A DNA stretch of 64,000 nucleotides from Candidatus Poribacteria bacterium (GTDB lineage: Bacteria > Poribacteria > WGA-4E > WGA-3G). Below the pieces are notes generated by a model. It saw only the letters and a program-made list of their open reading frames with translations. It was not told the DNA's origin and did not search any database. A program made the translations under genes and the position numbers. The stretch lies in contig OY282386.1 of assembly GCA_958295945.1 (NCBI GenBank), positions 1,303,371 to 1,367,370 on the forward strand, read 5' to 3'. Below, piece after piece: positions 17,229 to 26,800 of the stretch (positions are counted from its first letter, which is position 1; each line of letters opens with the position of its first letter).

Positions 17229-19238
17229 TCAATGTGGGGGAGTGGCTTTTTGCTTACCAACCCCCAACTGAATTGCGGGGAGGACGGTGTTTGAGATGTT
17301 TGCGGAATAATCAAAGATAGTCCAACCGGATGCGCCTAAGAAACGAGCGAGATGTATCTGACCAACCACTGCATCTGAGGTTAGGAGTGAATTGGATGCT
17401 GTTGCTCCGATACCAGGATAGATCGCTACATCTTTTGGCATGCGTGCAAGTTGGTTTTCTAATAGGTCAGTGAAATACTTGGCGTCTTCGGTATAGTTCA
17501 TCGGACAAACGAAGTCTACATATCCCGCTTTTGCCCACGCGATCCAATCCTGTCCAATGGAGGTGACGCATGAAGGATAACCACCAAAGACAGCAGTGGA
17601 TATTTTGATGTCAGGTTTTATAGCCTTCGCTCTTTTGTGGATTAAACGGACTAAACGGGTAATCTGTTGTGCACGCCAGTCAATATAGGCTTGACCATGT
17701 TCACCCGATTTTGGCAAAACGGATGCGGGGAAGTCCTTGATGACTTGTCTTGTGGCGAGTGTAAATCTTTTTTTACATTCTTGGCAGAAGCAGGCACGGC
17801 TGCCCGGATAGCGGATATAGTCCAGATGGATACCATCAACATCGTAGTTCCGTACGATTTCCATGATAGCGTTTAGTTCTAACTTGACATTTTCTGGATG
17901 TGATGGACAAAGCCAGTTGATCGTTTCGCCTTTATCAGATACTTGCGTGCGTCTTTCCTTCTGCATTTTCTCCACAAATTCCTTCGGCGCACCTTCCAAA
18001 TTCCATGTTATTTTCCATACGTGAACTTCCATATTGTGTTTGTGTGCTGCCTCAACGCACTGCGCGATTTGATCGCCGTATTGCTTAAACTTATTGCTCT
18101 GTGGCAATACACTGCTGTTGTAATGTGCTACGCCTGCCCAGGCCATATTTGGGAGAATCATGTTGATGCCTGCAGTGGCTAATTCTTTAATGGAACGTTC
18201 CCAATCCCCTGGATATGCCCCGAGACCAGAGTGATTCCACAACCCACGTCCTTCTGTTTCATCGCTGAATTGGGATAGGTAATATGCTTTTGCAAGTGCA
18301 TCATGACTTTTGCGTGCTGCTGTCATAGATGCGTGATATTCTTTTTGCGCGTATTTAGTCCGGGCTTGTGTTGTCAATGTTTTTCCTGATTGTAATGCCT
18401 CTCTTGCTTCAGAAACTTCACCGAACGCTACAAATTTGGTTAAGTGATTTAGGTTGTTGATATGTCCAACAGTGGTCATTCCATCCAATTCGCGCTTTGC
18501 GATTGCATGCTGGAATTCTGGCACAAGATGACCGATAAGTGCCGCAAGGAGTTGTGTTTTTGTTTGGATATCGTCTGGTAGAAATACATGACTGAAAAAC
18601 GCACCTTTTTCGTTAAGAAAGAGAGCGGGATGGCCTGCCGGTTGTCCATCTTTGTTGTGCCAATGTCCGATGATTTTTGTTTGTGGATTTGTTGGTTCTG
18701 CTACTGTGATATTCCACGAAGTCTGTCGCACAGATTTTGGAATTCCCAATACTTCTGGTGCATCAATTTGAACAGATGTAAACTGTCCTGGAGGGTCTGC
18801 ACGCAACCATTTTATACTGCGTAGATTCATAAGTTGTGCAACTTCATCTGCAAGATTATATGTTACAAATAGTTTGCCACCGCGTTGGACAAAGTTTTTT
18901 AGAAGATTGGCTGTTTCAGGTCTGATTTTGGGGTTCAAGGGAAGGATTATCAACCGATATGGATTGGCAGATGTCTCTTTTAGACGCGAGTCGTTGGCAG
19001 CTGTTGCCTCATCCATTTGGACTGCGGAAAAACCGAAATTACTGAGCATACGTACGAACCGTTTGCTGACTGTTCGGGCATAGTTAACATCACCTTCTGG
19101 GACACCAGATGCTGTTGATGGTAGCAAGATGGCGATATCCGATTGTTGTGCGACTGCATCGGTTGATGCACCTGACCAACATAATAAGAAGAAGATTAGA
19201 AAGAGCGTAATACGCAGGGAAAAATTGTTGGAATTCAT
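17229..19238 (-). CDS. Secreted glycoside hydrolase-like protein (GHL10/DUF187 family)
   Basis: Signal peptide. C-terminal barrel motifs AHKHNMEVHVW, WLCPSHPE, YDVDGIHLDYIRYP and GQDWIAWAKAGYVDFVCPMNY. Confidence 0.82.
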   Translation of the reverse strand: MNSNNFSLRITLFLIFFLLCWSGASTDAVAQQSDIAILLPSTASGVPEGDVNYARTVSKRFVRMLSNFGFSAVQMDEATAANDSRLKETSANPYRLIILPLNPKIRPETANLLKNFVQRGGKLFVTYNLADEVAQLMNLRSIKWLRADPPGQFTSVQIDAPEVLGIPKSVRQTSWNITVAEPTNPQTKIIGHWHNKDGQPAGHPALFLNEKGAFFSHVFLPDDIQTKTQLLAALIGHLVPEFQHAIAKRELDGMTTVGHINNLNHLTKFVAFGEVSEAREALQSGKTLTTQARTKYAQKEYHASMTAARKSHDALAKAYYLSQFSDETEGRGLWNHSGLGAYPGDWERSIKELATAGINMILPNMAWAGVAHYNSSVLPQSNKFKQYGDQIAQCVEAAHKHNMEVHVWKITWNLEGAPKEFVEKMQKERRTQVSDKGETINWLCPSHPENVKLELNAIMEIVRNYDVDGIHLDYIRYPGSRACFCQECKKRFTLATRQVIKDFPASVLPKSGEHGQAYIDWRAQQITRLVRLIHKRAKAIKPDIKISTAVFGGYPSCVTSIGQDWIAWAKAGYVDFVCPMNYTEDAKYFTDLLENQLARMPKDVAIYPGIGATASNSLLTSDAVVGQIHLARFLGASGWTIFDYSANISNTVLPAIQLGVGKQKATPPH

Positions 19239-19257
19239 AATCAGTATCAGGAACGGG

Positions 19258-20667
19258 TTAACGCTTTGTTACAGCAAAAAACTTGTGGTTTGGATTGGTG
19301 TTAGTGCTAATTTGTAGCGTGTTGCCCAAGAACTTTTCGACTCCTCTGACGATAGCATCTGCGAGTTTTTGTTGATATGCATCGGATGTAAGTTTTTTGC
19401 TTTCAGTTGGATTGGTTATAAAACCGGTTTCAATCAGGATGGCAGGAACCCGTGTTCCGATAAGCACGACAAAACGTGCATGTTTAACACCACGGTCTGC
19501 TGCCCCAGTTGCTGTGACCAATGCTCGTTGTACATGTGTTGCTAATCTATGACTATCCTCACTTTTACTCTCAATGATCAATCCTTTCAACAGCGATTCC
19601 AATTCTTGAATACTATATCCTGAGTTTGCGTTTTCGCGTGCTGCGATGAGTTCAGATTCTTTGTCTGTGCTAGTAACGTCTAAATAATAGGTTTCTATGC
19701 CGTGTGCCTTTGGATTACCGCTTGCGTTTGCATGAATGCTCAGAAATAGGTCAGCTTTGTTCCTTGTAGCATAAGCGGTTCTTTCTTTTAGCGGTATGTA
19801 TCGGTCAGAGTCTCGTGTCAGTAGCACTGTATAACCTTTTGCCGTTAAAATAGCTCCTACTTTCTTTGATATACTAAGGGCGATGGGTTTTTCAAATAGA
19901 TTATTCGCACCGATTCCCCCAGGGTCTTTTCCACCGTGTCCTGCATCAATGACAATCGTTTTCGCGGATAAACCGAATTCTTGTGTGAGGGAACCATGTG
20001 TAACCTTTTCTGGGTGGGTCTTTGGTGGTTTTGGGACTACTACTGGTTTTGGTTGTGGTGTAGAGGTTTTCTGAGGAGATTTTAATGTTTCAAGTTCTTC
20101 AGTTGCAGTATTTACGATTTCCTTTTGCTTTGCAGTTTCAATGATTTCTACATAAAGGGTTTCAGCCCGTGTTTCGTATCCCTCATCTGCATAAGTTCGT
20201 CCTAAAGCCAACTTTGCGTTTGCTGCAACATCTGACTCTGCATATCGGTCAATAACAATCTGGTAGTGGTGTGCTGCACGTGCTGTATCGCCAATCAGTG
20301 TGTAGCATTGTGCAAGCCAATAGTGTGCAGGCGGTAATTGTTTTGAATCTGGATAGGTGTAAATCAGTCTTCTGAATGCAGAGATGGCACGTTTCGGTGC
20401 TTCTGTATCTCCTGCTTTGATACACCACACCCAACTGGAGGCGATTGCATATTGTGTTTCATCAGCTGTTTGACTGTCAGTATCTGAGCGAAGATGGTGT
20501 TCAAGTTCTGTTATTAGGGTGTGCCACTCCTCAAGTGTTGCCTGTTTCTCTCCGCTTGTATAATCGTAGTGACGATTTGCTAAATCATTATAACTAATTG
20601 TAGTGGCACATCCGGTGAGTAGTCCTGTGAATAAAAGAAGAATTGTCCAAAGGTAACAAGGTCTCAC
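19258..20667 (-). CDS. Lipoprotein with TPR (BamD/CpoB-like) region fused to N-acetylmuramoyl-L-alanine amidase (Amidase_3)
   Basis: Lipobox LLTGC and TPR helices. Amidase motifs IDAGHGGKDPG, EK, SIHANA and PAILIETGF. GTG start with a GAGGAG RBS. Confidence 0.88.
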   Translation of the reverse strand: MRPCYLWTILLLFTGLLTGCATTISYNDLANRHYDYTSGEKQATLEEWHTLITELEHHLRSDTDSQTADETQYAIASSWVWCIKAGDTEAPKRAISAFRRLIYTYPDSKQLPPAHYWLAQCYTLIGDTARAAHHYQIVIDRYAESDVAANAKLALGRTYADEGYETRAETLYVEIIETAKQKEIVNTATEELETLKSPQKTSTPQPKPVVVPKPPKTHPEKVTHGSLTQEFGLSAKTIVIDAGHGGKDPGGIGANNLFEKPIALSISKKVGAILTAKGYTVLLTRDSDRYIPLKERTAYATRNKADLFLSIHANASGNPKAHGIETYYLDVTSTDKESELIAARENANSGYSIQELESLLKGLIIESKSEDSHRLATHVQRALVTATGAADRGVKHARFVVLIGTRVPAILIETGFITNPTESKKLTSDAYQQKLADAIVRGVEKFLGNTLQISTNTNPNHKFFAVTKR

Positions 20668-20908
20668 TGTTTTTCTCCTCCGCTTTTTTTTATTTGAAGT
20701 TTTTCGTGCACTCTACTTCTGGTAAGCGGGTATGTGTAGTTCTTTGTATTTCTTGATATTTCATATCATGAATTAAAACGAAAAGATAGGTGTTTTCGTT
20801 ACTAAAATGGTTTGTGAAGACTATTCCTTTAAACGATTTCCCTTTTGTGGAGAAATGTAAGAGTTGCAATAAATAGCAATTGATAGGTCTCTCCTATAAG
20901 GCAAGTTA

Positions 20909-21086
20909 CAGGGTGTGTAAGTTTTTGTCACTAACTTCTCACCAACCATTGTAGGGGCGGGTCTCTGTGCCCGCCCGTTGCCTTACAGGACAAGGAATGG
21001 CGGGGCACAGAGACCCCGCCCTACAATAGAGGACAGGTTTTTCACTTGAATTGACGTCTACGGTGACAAAAACTTTACACACCCGG
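20909..21086. mobile_element. MITE-like element with nested REPIN-like doublet
   Basis: TIRs GGGTGTGTAAGTTTTTGTCAC / GTGACAAAAACTTTACACACCC. Near-perfect flanking direct repeat GGCAAGTTA (20900-20908) / GGCATGTTA (21085-21093). Inner GTAGGGGCGGGTCTCTGTGCCCGCC...GGCGGGGCACAGAGACCCCGCCCTAC. Confidence 0.7.
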
Positions 21087-21100
21087 CATGTTATTTCAGA

Positions 21101-21130
21101 TTGACATAGGAATATAAGGTGTAGTACAAT
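21101..21130 (+). promoter_or_regulatory. Sigma70-type promoter upstream of the PhyH gene
   Basis: TTGACA-18 nt-TACAAT. Confidence 0.55.
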
Positions 21131-21255
21131 AATTCACAAGTATATTTTCATTTCATAAAACATCTCTTTTCAATCTGTAACCACTTACACGTATAATTGA
21201 TTTATATCTGAAGCATGATGTGAATATTCACGTCTAATGATAACTGGAATATAAA

Positions 21256-22074
21256 ATGGCATTTCAATTTCAAGATTATATGGTGAATGAATATCTCTCA
21301 CAAGGTTACTTGGTTTTTCGTGGGATTGTTCCACCCGCTTTATTGACCGATTTACGTCGGGAAGCGGAGAAGGCACGCGACTTAGCACACAAGCTCAATG
21401 GACCTCAGACACAACGGATTCAACCACTTTCTAACTATGGTGATGACTTAGATTTGAAACCTTTTTATGACTATACGGAATTACCAGAACTTCAAAATGC
21501 TGTGCAGAAACTACTTGGTGACGACTATACGCACGGACATGTAGACATTATGGGATTACTTGTTGAACCACTTGAACATCCTTGGCATATCGGTTGGCAT
21601 CGTGATGGCGTGGTGGAGGTGCCTCCAGAAGCACGTGATGAAACCGTTGTTGCTAAGCTGGCAAAAGTGTGGCATGATCTCCGTCATTTTAATCAGGTAA
21701 ATTGTGCTATTTATGCAGATTCTTGTACGTGGTTTGTTCCCGGTAGTCATCTTCGGCAATGGGACATGCCCGGTGAAGAACAATCAACGGGTAATCCTGC
21801 GTTGCGTAAGCCTGCTGAGGGGCAATCTAATGTGGAAGCAGAACGGTTTTGTCTTGAACATTGCCAACAGTTTCCGGGTGCAGTGCAAGTGCATTTGGGA
21901 CCTGGAGATTTTATGATCTATCGTAATCTTGCGTGGCACACAGGCAACTATATTACTTATCAACCGCGTGCTACAATTCACGATGTTGTCCGGTATAATG
22001 GTGATAAAGATTGGACAGATTGGCAGCAGACAAAGATTGATGCTGTTAATCGTTGGAAAGAAAAAGAAAAATAG
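21256..22074 (+). CDS. Phytanoyl-CoA dioxygenase (PhyH) family Fe/2OG oxygenase
   Basis: QGYLVFRGIVP start, HxD motif WHRD, VPGSH and distal His in AWHTG. Confidence 0.82.
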   Translation: MAFQFQDYMVNEYLSQGYLVFRGIVPPALLTDLRREAEKARDLAHKLNGPQTQRIQPLSNYGDDLDLKPFYDYTELPELQNAVQKLLGDDYTHGHVDIMGLLVEPLEHPWHIGWHRDGVVEVPPEARDETVVAKLAKVWHDLRHFNQVNCAIYADSCTWFVPGSHLRQWDMPGEEQSTGNPALRKPAEGQSNVEAERFCLEHCQQFPGAVQVHLGPGDFMIYRNLAWHTGNYITYQPRATIHDVVRYNGDKDWTDWQQTKIDAVNRWKEKEK

Positions 22075-22116
22075 AATAAAAATTTGACACAGAATTCAAC
22101 ACAAAGGAGACAAAGT

Positions 22117-22224
22117 ATGATGTTTATCGGTCCTGGTGCTATGGAACTCATTATTGTATTCGTAGTTGGTTGCTTTTTCGTTGGTGCGATACTTTCAGTA
22201 GTGGCACTTGCACGTAAAGACTAA
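22117..22224 (+). CDS. Small single-pass membrane protein, copy 1 (MMFIGPGAMELIIVFVVGCFFVGAILSVVALARKD)
   Basis: AAAGGAGA RBS, a 35-aa hydrophobic ORF with a basic tail, and an adjacent paralog. It is below the ORF-track length cutoff. Confidence 0.72.
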   Translation: MMFIGPGAMELIIVFVVGCFFVGAILSVVALARKD

Positions 22225-22303
22225 TAATTAATAGTAATGGTAAAATCAGAATAAGTTAAAAACATAGAGATTTATATTTTCTGTACCAAAGGAGACAAAT
22301 ATT

Positions 22304-22405
22304 ATGGGTCCTGGTGCTATGGAACTCATTCATATTTTCGTAGTTGGTTGCTTTTTCGTTGGTGCGATACTGACAATAGTGGTACTTGCAAAACGAAAAC
22401 AGTAA
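22304..22405 (+). CDS. Small single-pass membrane protein, copy 2 (MGPGAMELIHIFVVGCFFVGAILTIVVLAKRKQ)
   Basis: Same CAAAGGAGACAAA RBS context as copy 1. The 33-aa ORF keeps the reading frame of copy 1. Confidence 0.72.
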   Translation: MGPGAMELIHIFVVGCFFVGAILTIVVLAKRKQ

Positions 22406-22424
22406 GAGATAAATAACGAAGATT

Positions 22425-22507
22425 GTAGGTTGGGATGAGGCATGAAAGTCAACATGCAGCTCGTTATCAAATAAGAAAATTGGGTTTCCTTCCTCAACTC
22501 AACCTAC
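22425..22507. repeat. REPIN-like inverted repeat (GTAGGTTG...CAACCTAC)
   Basis: GTAGGTTGGGATGAGG vs reverse complement GTAGGTTGAGTTGAGG, 14/16. Confidence 0.55.
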
Positions 22508-22561
22508 GGATATTGACAGAGAAGAAAACGGGGTTGGAAACCTCTCCAACAAGAGGATATT

Positions 22562-23371
22562 ATGGAGCAGAAATTTACAATAGAACCACCTGGCGAAGTT
22601 AAAGATCACCCGTTTCCGACAACCCGACCTGATATAAAGATAGTTGAGAGTTCAAATAAAATAGACGAGGTAGATTGTCAGGAGTTGCAGTGGTGGTTGA
22701 TGGTTCCAAAGATGGGTGAAAGTTGTATGTGGGCAGAATATGATGGTGAAACACAGCAGTTGGACGCTGTGACTGAGATGATACCGACGATGCCAGCAAT
22801 TATACGGGATATTGACTGCGTTGAAGTCCAGTTCAAAGAATACCTTGCGAATGATTGGCCGCCATCTCCAGATTTGATGTATGTTACGATTGATGAGACG
22901 CACACGAGATGGATTTCAGTTGTAATGACCTTAGATGGTAGAAGGATTTACAACACAATTGGAGAGGAATTTTTTAAAGACCAATGGGGACCTGATGGCA
23001 AACGTCATATTGTTGATGATGGACGGTATGAGTTACAACCCGATGGTTCTTACAAAACCACAGATGGCGTAGGTATAGGTGCTGGCACTTATGATGTGAC
23101 GATAGGTGAGAATACCTTTCACTGTCTGCGTATATTAGATCCTGATCTAACCGCCGAACATGGTGGGGAAATGTGTGAAGTATATCTTGAAGAGGGTGGT
23201 CGTACCGTTTTCTTTAGACGATATGATGGACGATATTTACGTGGTGATTTGCTCAAAAAGTTTCCAAACAATCGTCGTATTGTGATTGACGATATCACCT
23301 ATATCCATAGTAATTGTACAGGCTGGTTTCATGATACAATTACATTGGCTTCCCTTGGTTTAACTTCTTAG
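22562..23371 (+). CDS. Hypothetical protein (269 aa); resembles the C-terminal extension of some ECF sigma factors but has no sigma domain
   Basis: AGAGGA RBS and a clean ORF. Motifs CQELQWWLMVPKMGE, THTRW, YDVTIG, GRTVFFRRY and TYIH were recognised from memory, not by search. Confidence 0.55.
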   Translation: MEQKFTIEPPGEVKDHPFPTTRPDIKIVESSNKIDEVDCQELQWWLMVPKMGESCMWAEYDGETQQLDAVTEMIPTMPAIIRDIDCVEVQFKEYLANDWPPSPDLMYVTIDETHTRWISVVMTLDGRRIYNTIGEEFFKDQWGPDGKRHIVDDGRYELQPDGSYKTTDGVGIGAGTYDVTIGENTFHCLRILDPDLTAEHGGEMCEVYLEEGGRTVFFRRYDGRYLRGDLLKKFPNNRRIVIDDITYIHSNCTGWFHDTITLASLGLTS

Positions 23372-23449
23372 CATGAATTGGTATAGAGATTTTGGCAGAT
23401 GGTGTAATTAGGGAACAGCGCATTATGCGTCAAGTTAGTGCAATCGATT

Positions 23450-23612
23450 TTGTCTGAACCAGGATTAGCAGGATTAGTAGATTTCCAGGATTATGAGTTT
23501 GGATTTGCAAAGTTCCTATTCACAATTTGACGTTTATTCTCTGGATGGCACTTTGATGTTTCAGACTCTTATCCTGGAAATCTGTAAATCCTGAAAATCC
23601 TGGTTCAGACAA
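23450..23612. repeat. Long palindromic element with about 50-bp arms (TTGTCTGAACCAGGATT...AATCCTGGTTCAGACAA)
   Basis: The arms are visibly complementary with internal CAGGATT sub-repeats. Half copies starting TGTCTGAA occur near 1626 and 33061. Confidence 0.75.
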
Positions 23613-23858
23613 GAATCAATAAACCCACTAAATCCAGTGGCGAGTTTGATTCAGTCTCTTAACTTTCGGTTAACATTAATGATTAAGCATTCTTAAAACT
23701 AAATAACCCTGGCAAAGGTGGGGCACAAAGAGACCCGCACTACAATGTGTGGGAAGAAAAAGTCCTATCCTATCTAACAAATACGTCTCAAATATTATAT
23801 AAACCACATTCACCATTTTTCCATGTAAGAAATACGTATAACTCAAGGAGAATTCCCG

Positions 23859-26800
23859 ATGTTAGTCAAAAAATACATAATCTTGCTCAGTGTCTTTTCA
23901 GTATTTTTCTCAGGACTATTCTTTGTCACCCTAAGTTTTTCACAAGATGAAGCGACTGATGAAAAAATTATTGAACGATACAAGTTGATGCTCATTCGGA
24001 AACCGAAAGAGGGGAGTACGTTTGATAGACTTTATCAGTTTTATCTTGAAGGATCGGGTTTAGAAGCGATGGTCTCTGATTATCAATCGGAGGCACAGGA
24101 AAAACCTAACGATCCGAACATTCAACTTATCTTGGGGCATATATATAAACGACTGGGTAAGGACGAGGAAGCCTTGACTGCGTATCAACGCGCTGTGGAA
24201 CTCTCACAGAATGATTATTATGCACATTTTGCGTTAGGTCAGTTGTATGTGATACTCCGTCACCATGAAGATGCCATTAGTGAATTGACGAAAGCAACAT
24301 CGTTATCAGAACAGGCACAGACTATCTCTCCCGAAGAGTTGACAGATATTTACAAGACATTGGGGCATGCGTATTTTAGCCGCGATATGTTAGATGAAGC
24401 GATTAAGGCGTGGGAAAAGATTTCTGAACTTGATCCTGACGATATCTTTGCACGAATAGAACTGGCTGACCTGTTTCGTGAACAGGAGTTGTATACTCAA
24501 GCCATTGCACAATATGAAGAAATCATAAAACTTAAGAAAGATGACACATATCGTAAATGTTTGAGTATGCGGGAGATTGGGAAAATCCACGAAGAATCGG
24601 GTGAATATCAGAAGGCGTTGCAACAGTATGATGCGGCGTTAGACCTGACCGCACAAGGTAATTGGCTGAGAAAAGACTTGCAACACAGGATTATTGCCAT
24701 ATATTCGGCAGATGCAAATTGGAAAGACCTGATTGCTTATTATGATGTTAAACTTGAGACAAATCCGAATGATCCAGAAACTCTCGGTCTACTTGCTGCA
24801 GCGTATATTGAAAATCAGCAGCTTGAGGAAGGCATTGATACCTATAAGAAGGGATTAGCACTTGCCCCAACCGATACGGGACTTCGCCTCAGCCTGATAG
24901 GCGCGCTTCGTGATGCGGAAAAGTTTGAAGATGCGGCTGTGGAATATGAAACACTTAGTGAACAACACCCTGATGACATTGGAATATATCGCGAACTTGG
25001 AAAATTGTATCTGCAGCTTGAAAATGAAGAGCAGGCGAAGGGAGTTTATCAACGTCTGATTGATCGAGATCCGAAGAGTGCTAACATCTACATCACCCTT
25101 GCTGAAATATACACGGGGCACGAATGGCTTGAAGATGCGGTGGCTGCATATCAAAAGGCAACGGAACTTGATACTGATAATCTCGATTATATTGAGTATT
25201 ATGGGGACTTTTATTATAGACAAGGTGAAAGTCCGAAGGCGATTGAAACATGGAATCGGATGGTGGTAGACACCAAAAGCACTGCTGAGAACTATGACCG
25301 TTTGGCACGTCTACTTGAAACCAAAAAGTTTTCAGACGAGGCAATTGATGCAAGTAGAAAAGCGGTTGAATTGATGCCAGCGACTTATCGTTTCAGGGAG
25401 TCGTTAGCCAAAAGACTGATGAACAATGAGTTGTATGTCGAGGCACTCGTGGAATATACGGAAGCGATGAAGCTTGCACCGAATGCGTTTTTTGCTGAAC
25501 AGATGGACGACAAGCGGATTGAACTCTACAAACGGCAGGGAACACTTGTAAAAAGAATTGAAGAGATAGAAACAGAACTTGATACACCCGAACTTGCGGA
25601 TAACGATAAATTTGCACAACAGAAACGGCTTGCCAAGATGTATCTGAAGTTAGGTAATACTGCCTACGCGTTGGAAATTCTTTTGGATGCAAAGAAACTA
25701 CGACCCGACGATATAAATGTCAATCGTTGGGCAGCAAATATCTATGTCAAACAAGGAAGACGTGATGAAGCGATTAACATTTACCGTCATCTAACGAATA
25801 TTGATAACACAAATGCGCGTGAGTATTATTCTAATATAGCGAAAATTTATCTGGAAACTCTGGATTTTGAGAAGGCTAAGGAAGCTGCGAAACAGGTCGT
25901 CGCGCATAGTCCTCGTAATCCCGAGGGACATCACTTGTTGGCACAAATTGCTATGCAATCCGGTGATTACGACACATCTGTTGATAGTTTTAAACAAGCA
26001 ATTCGTTTGCGTCCGGAAGCGATTGATATCCGTAGTGAACTGGCACAACTTTATCACAATTCAGGTGACTTTAGACTTGCAATTGCACAGTATTGGCGTT
26101 GTTGGAATCTCAGCGACAATATCAGTGATAAGCTTAGTTTTATCCAACCACTGGGAGAAGCATATTATAGTTTAGGTAGGCGTACGGAACTCGCGGAAAG
26201 ATTGAAACAGATGGCTAAATCCCAGATGGCTATATCACAGACATCTGGGATTGCATCTGTCTTAGCTCTTGCCCAAGTCTATCGTAATGAAGGCGATCTA
26301 TCAAGTGCGCGTTTTCAGCTTGCACGCGCATTAGATCAGCGACGAGAGAACCCAGAACTATTATATCAACTTGTTGGCATAAGTTTAGACCTTGGTGATA
26401 TTGAGGAAGCTTTAAGTTATCAGCAGCAACTTGTCAAAGCAGATCCCGATCCTATTCATCAGCAAAAACTTGGTGAACTTTTGTTTGATGTTGGGCGCGA
26501 ACAAGAAGCCGTACAAACATGGTCAAAAGTGTTGCATCAAAAGAAGCATACACTTGATGCAGAAATCAGACTCGCAAAGTTATTGATTAGACACGGGTTA
26601 ATGGAGGAAGCATTCTTTGCCCTTGACAATGCAGCGGAAAAGATAACCGGGGCAGATGCATACATTGGGTTGTATCAAATTGGTGCTACTTTGGTTGAGA
26701 TAAGCGAACCTGAGAAAGCGTTACCATACTTCCAACAAATCGTAGAGATGTCAAAACCTGCACAGGGGACAGGTTTTGCTACAACAAAGAAAAAATCAAG

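Noticed and set aside
22117..22405. tatA/tatE genes
   Set aside because: The peptides end right after the TM segment, lack the FG hinge and amphipathic helix, and no tatC is nearby.
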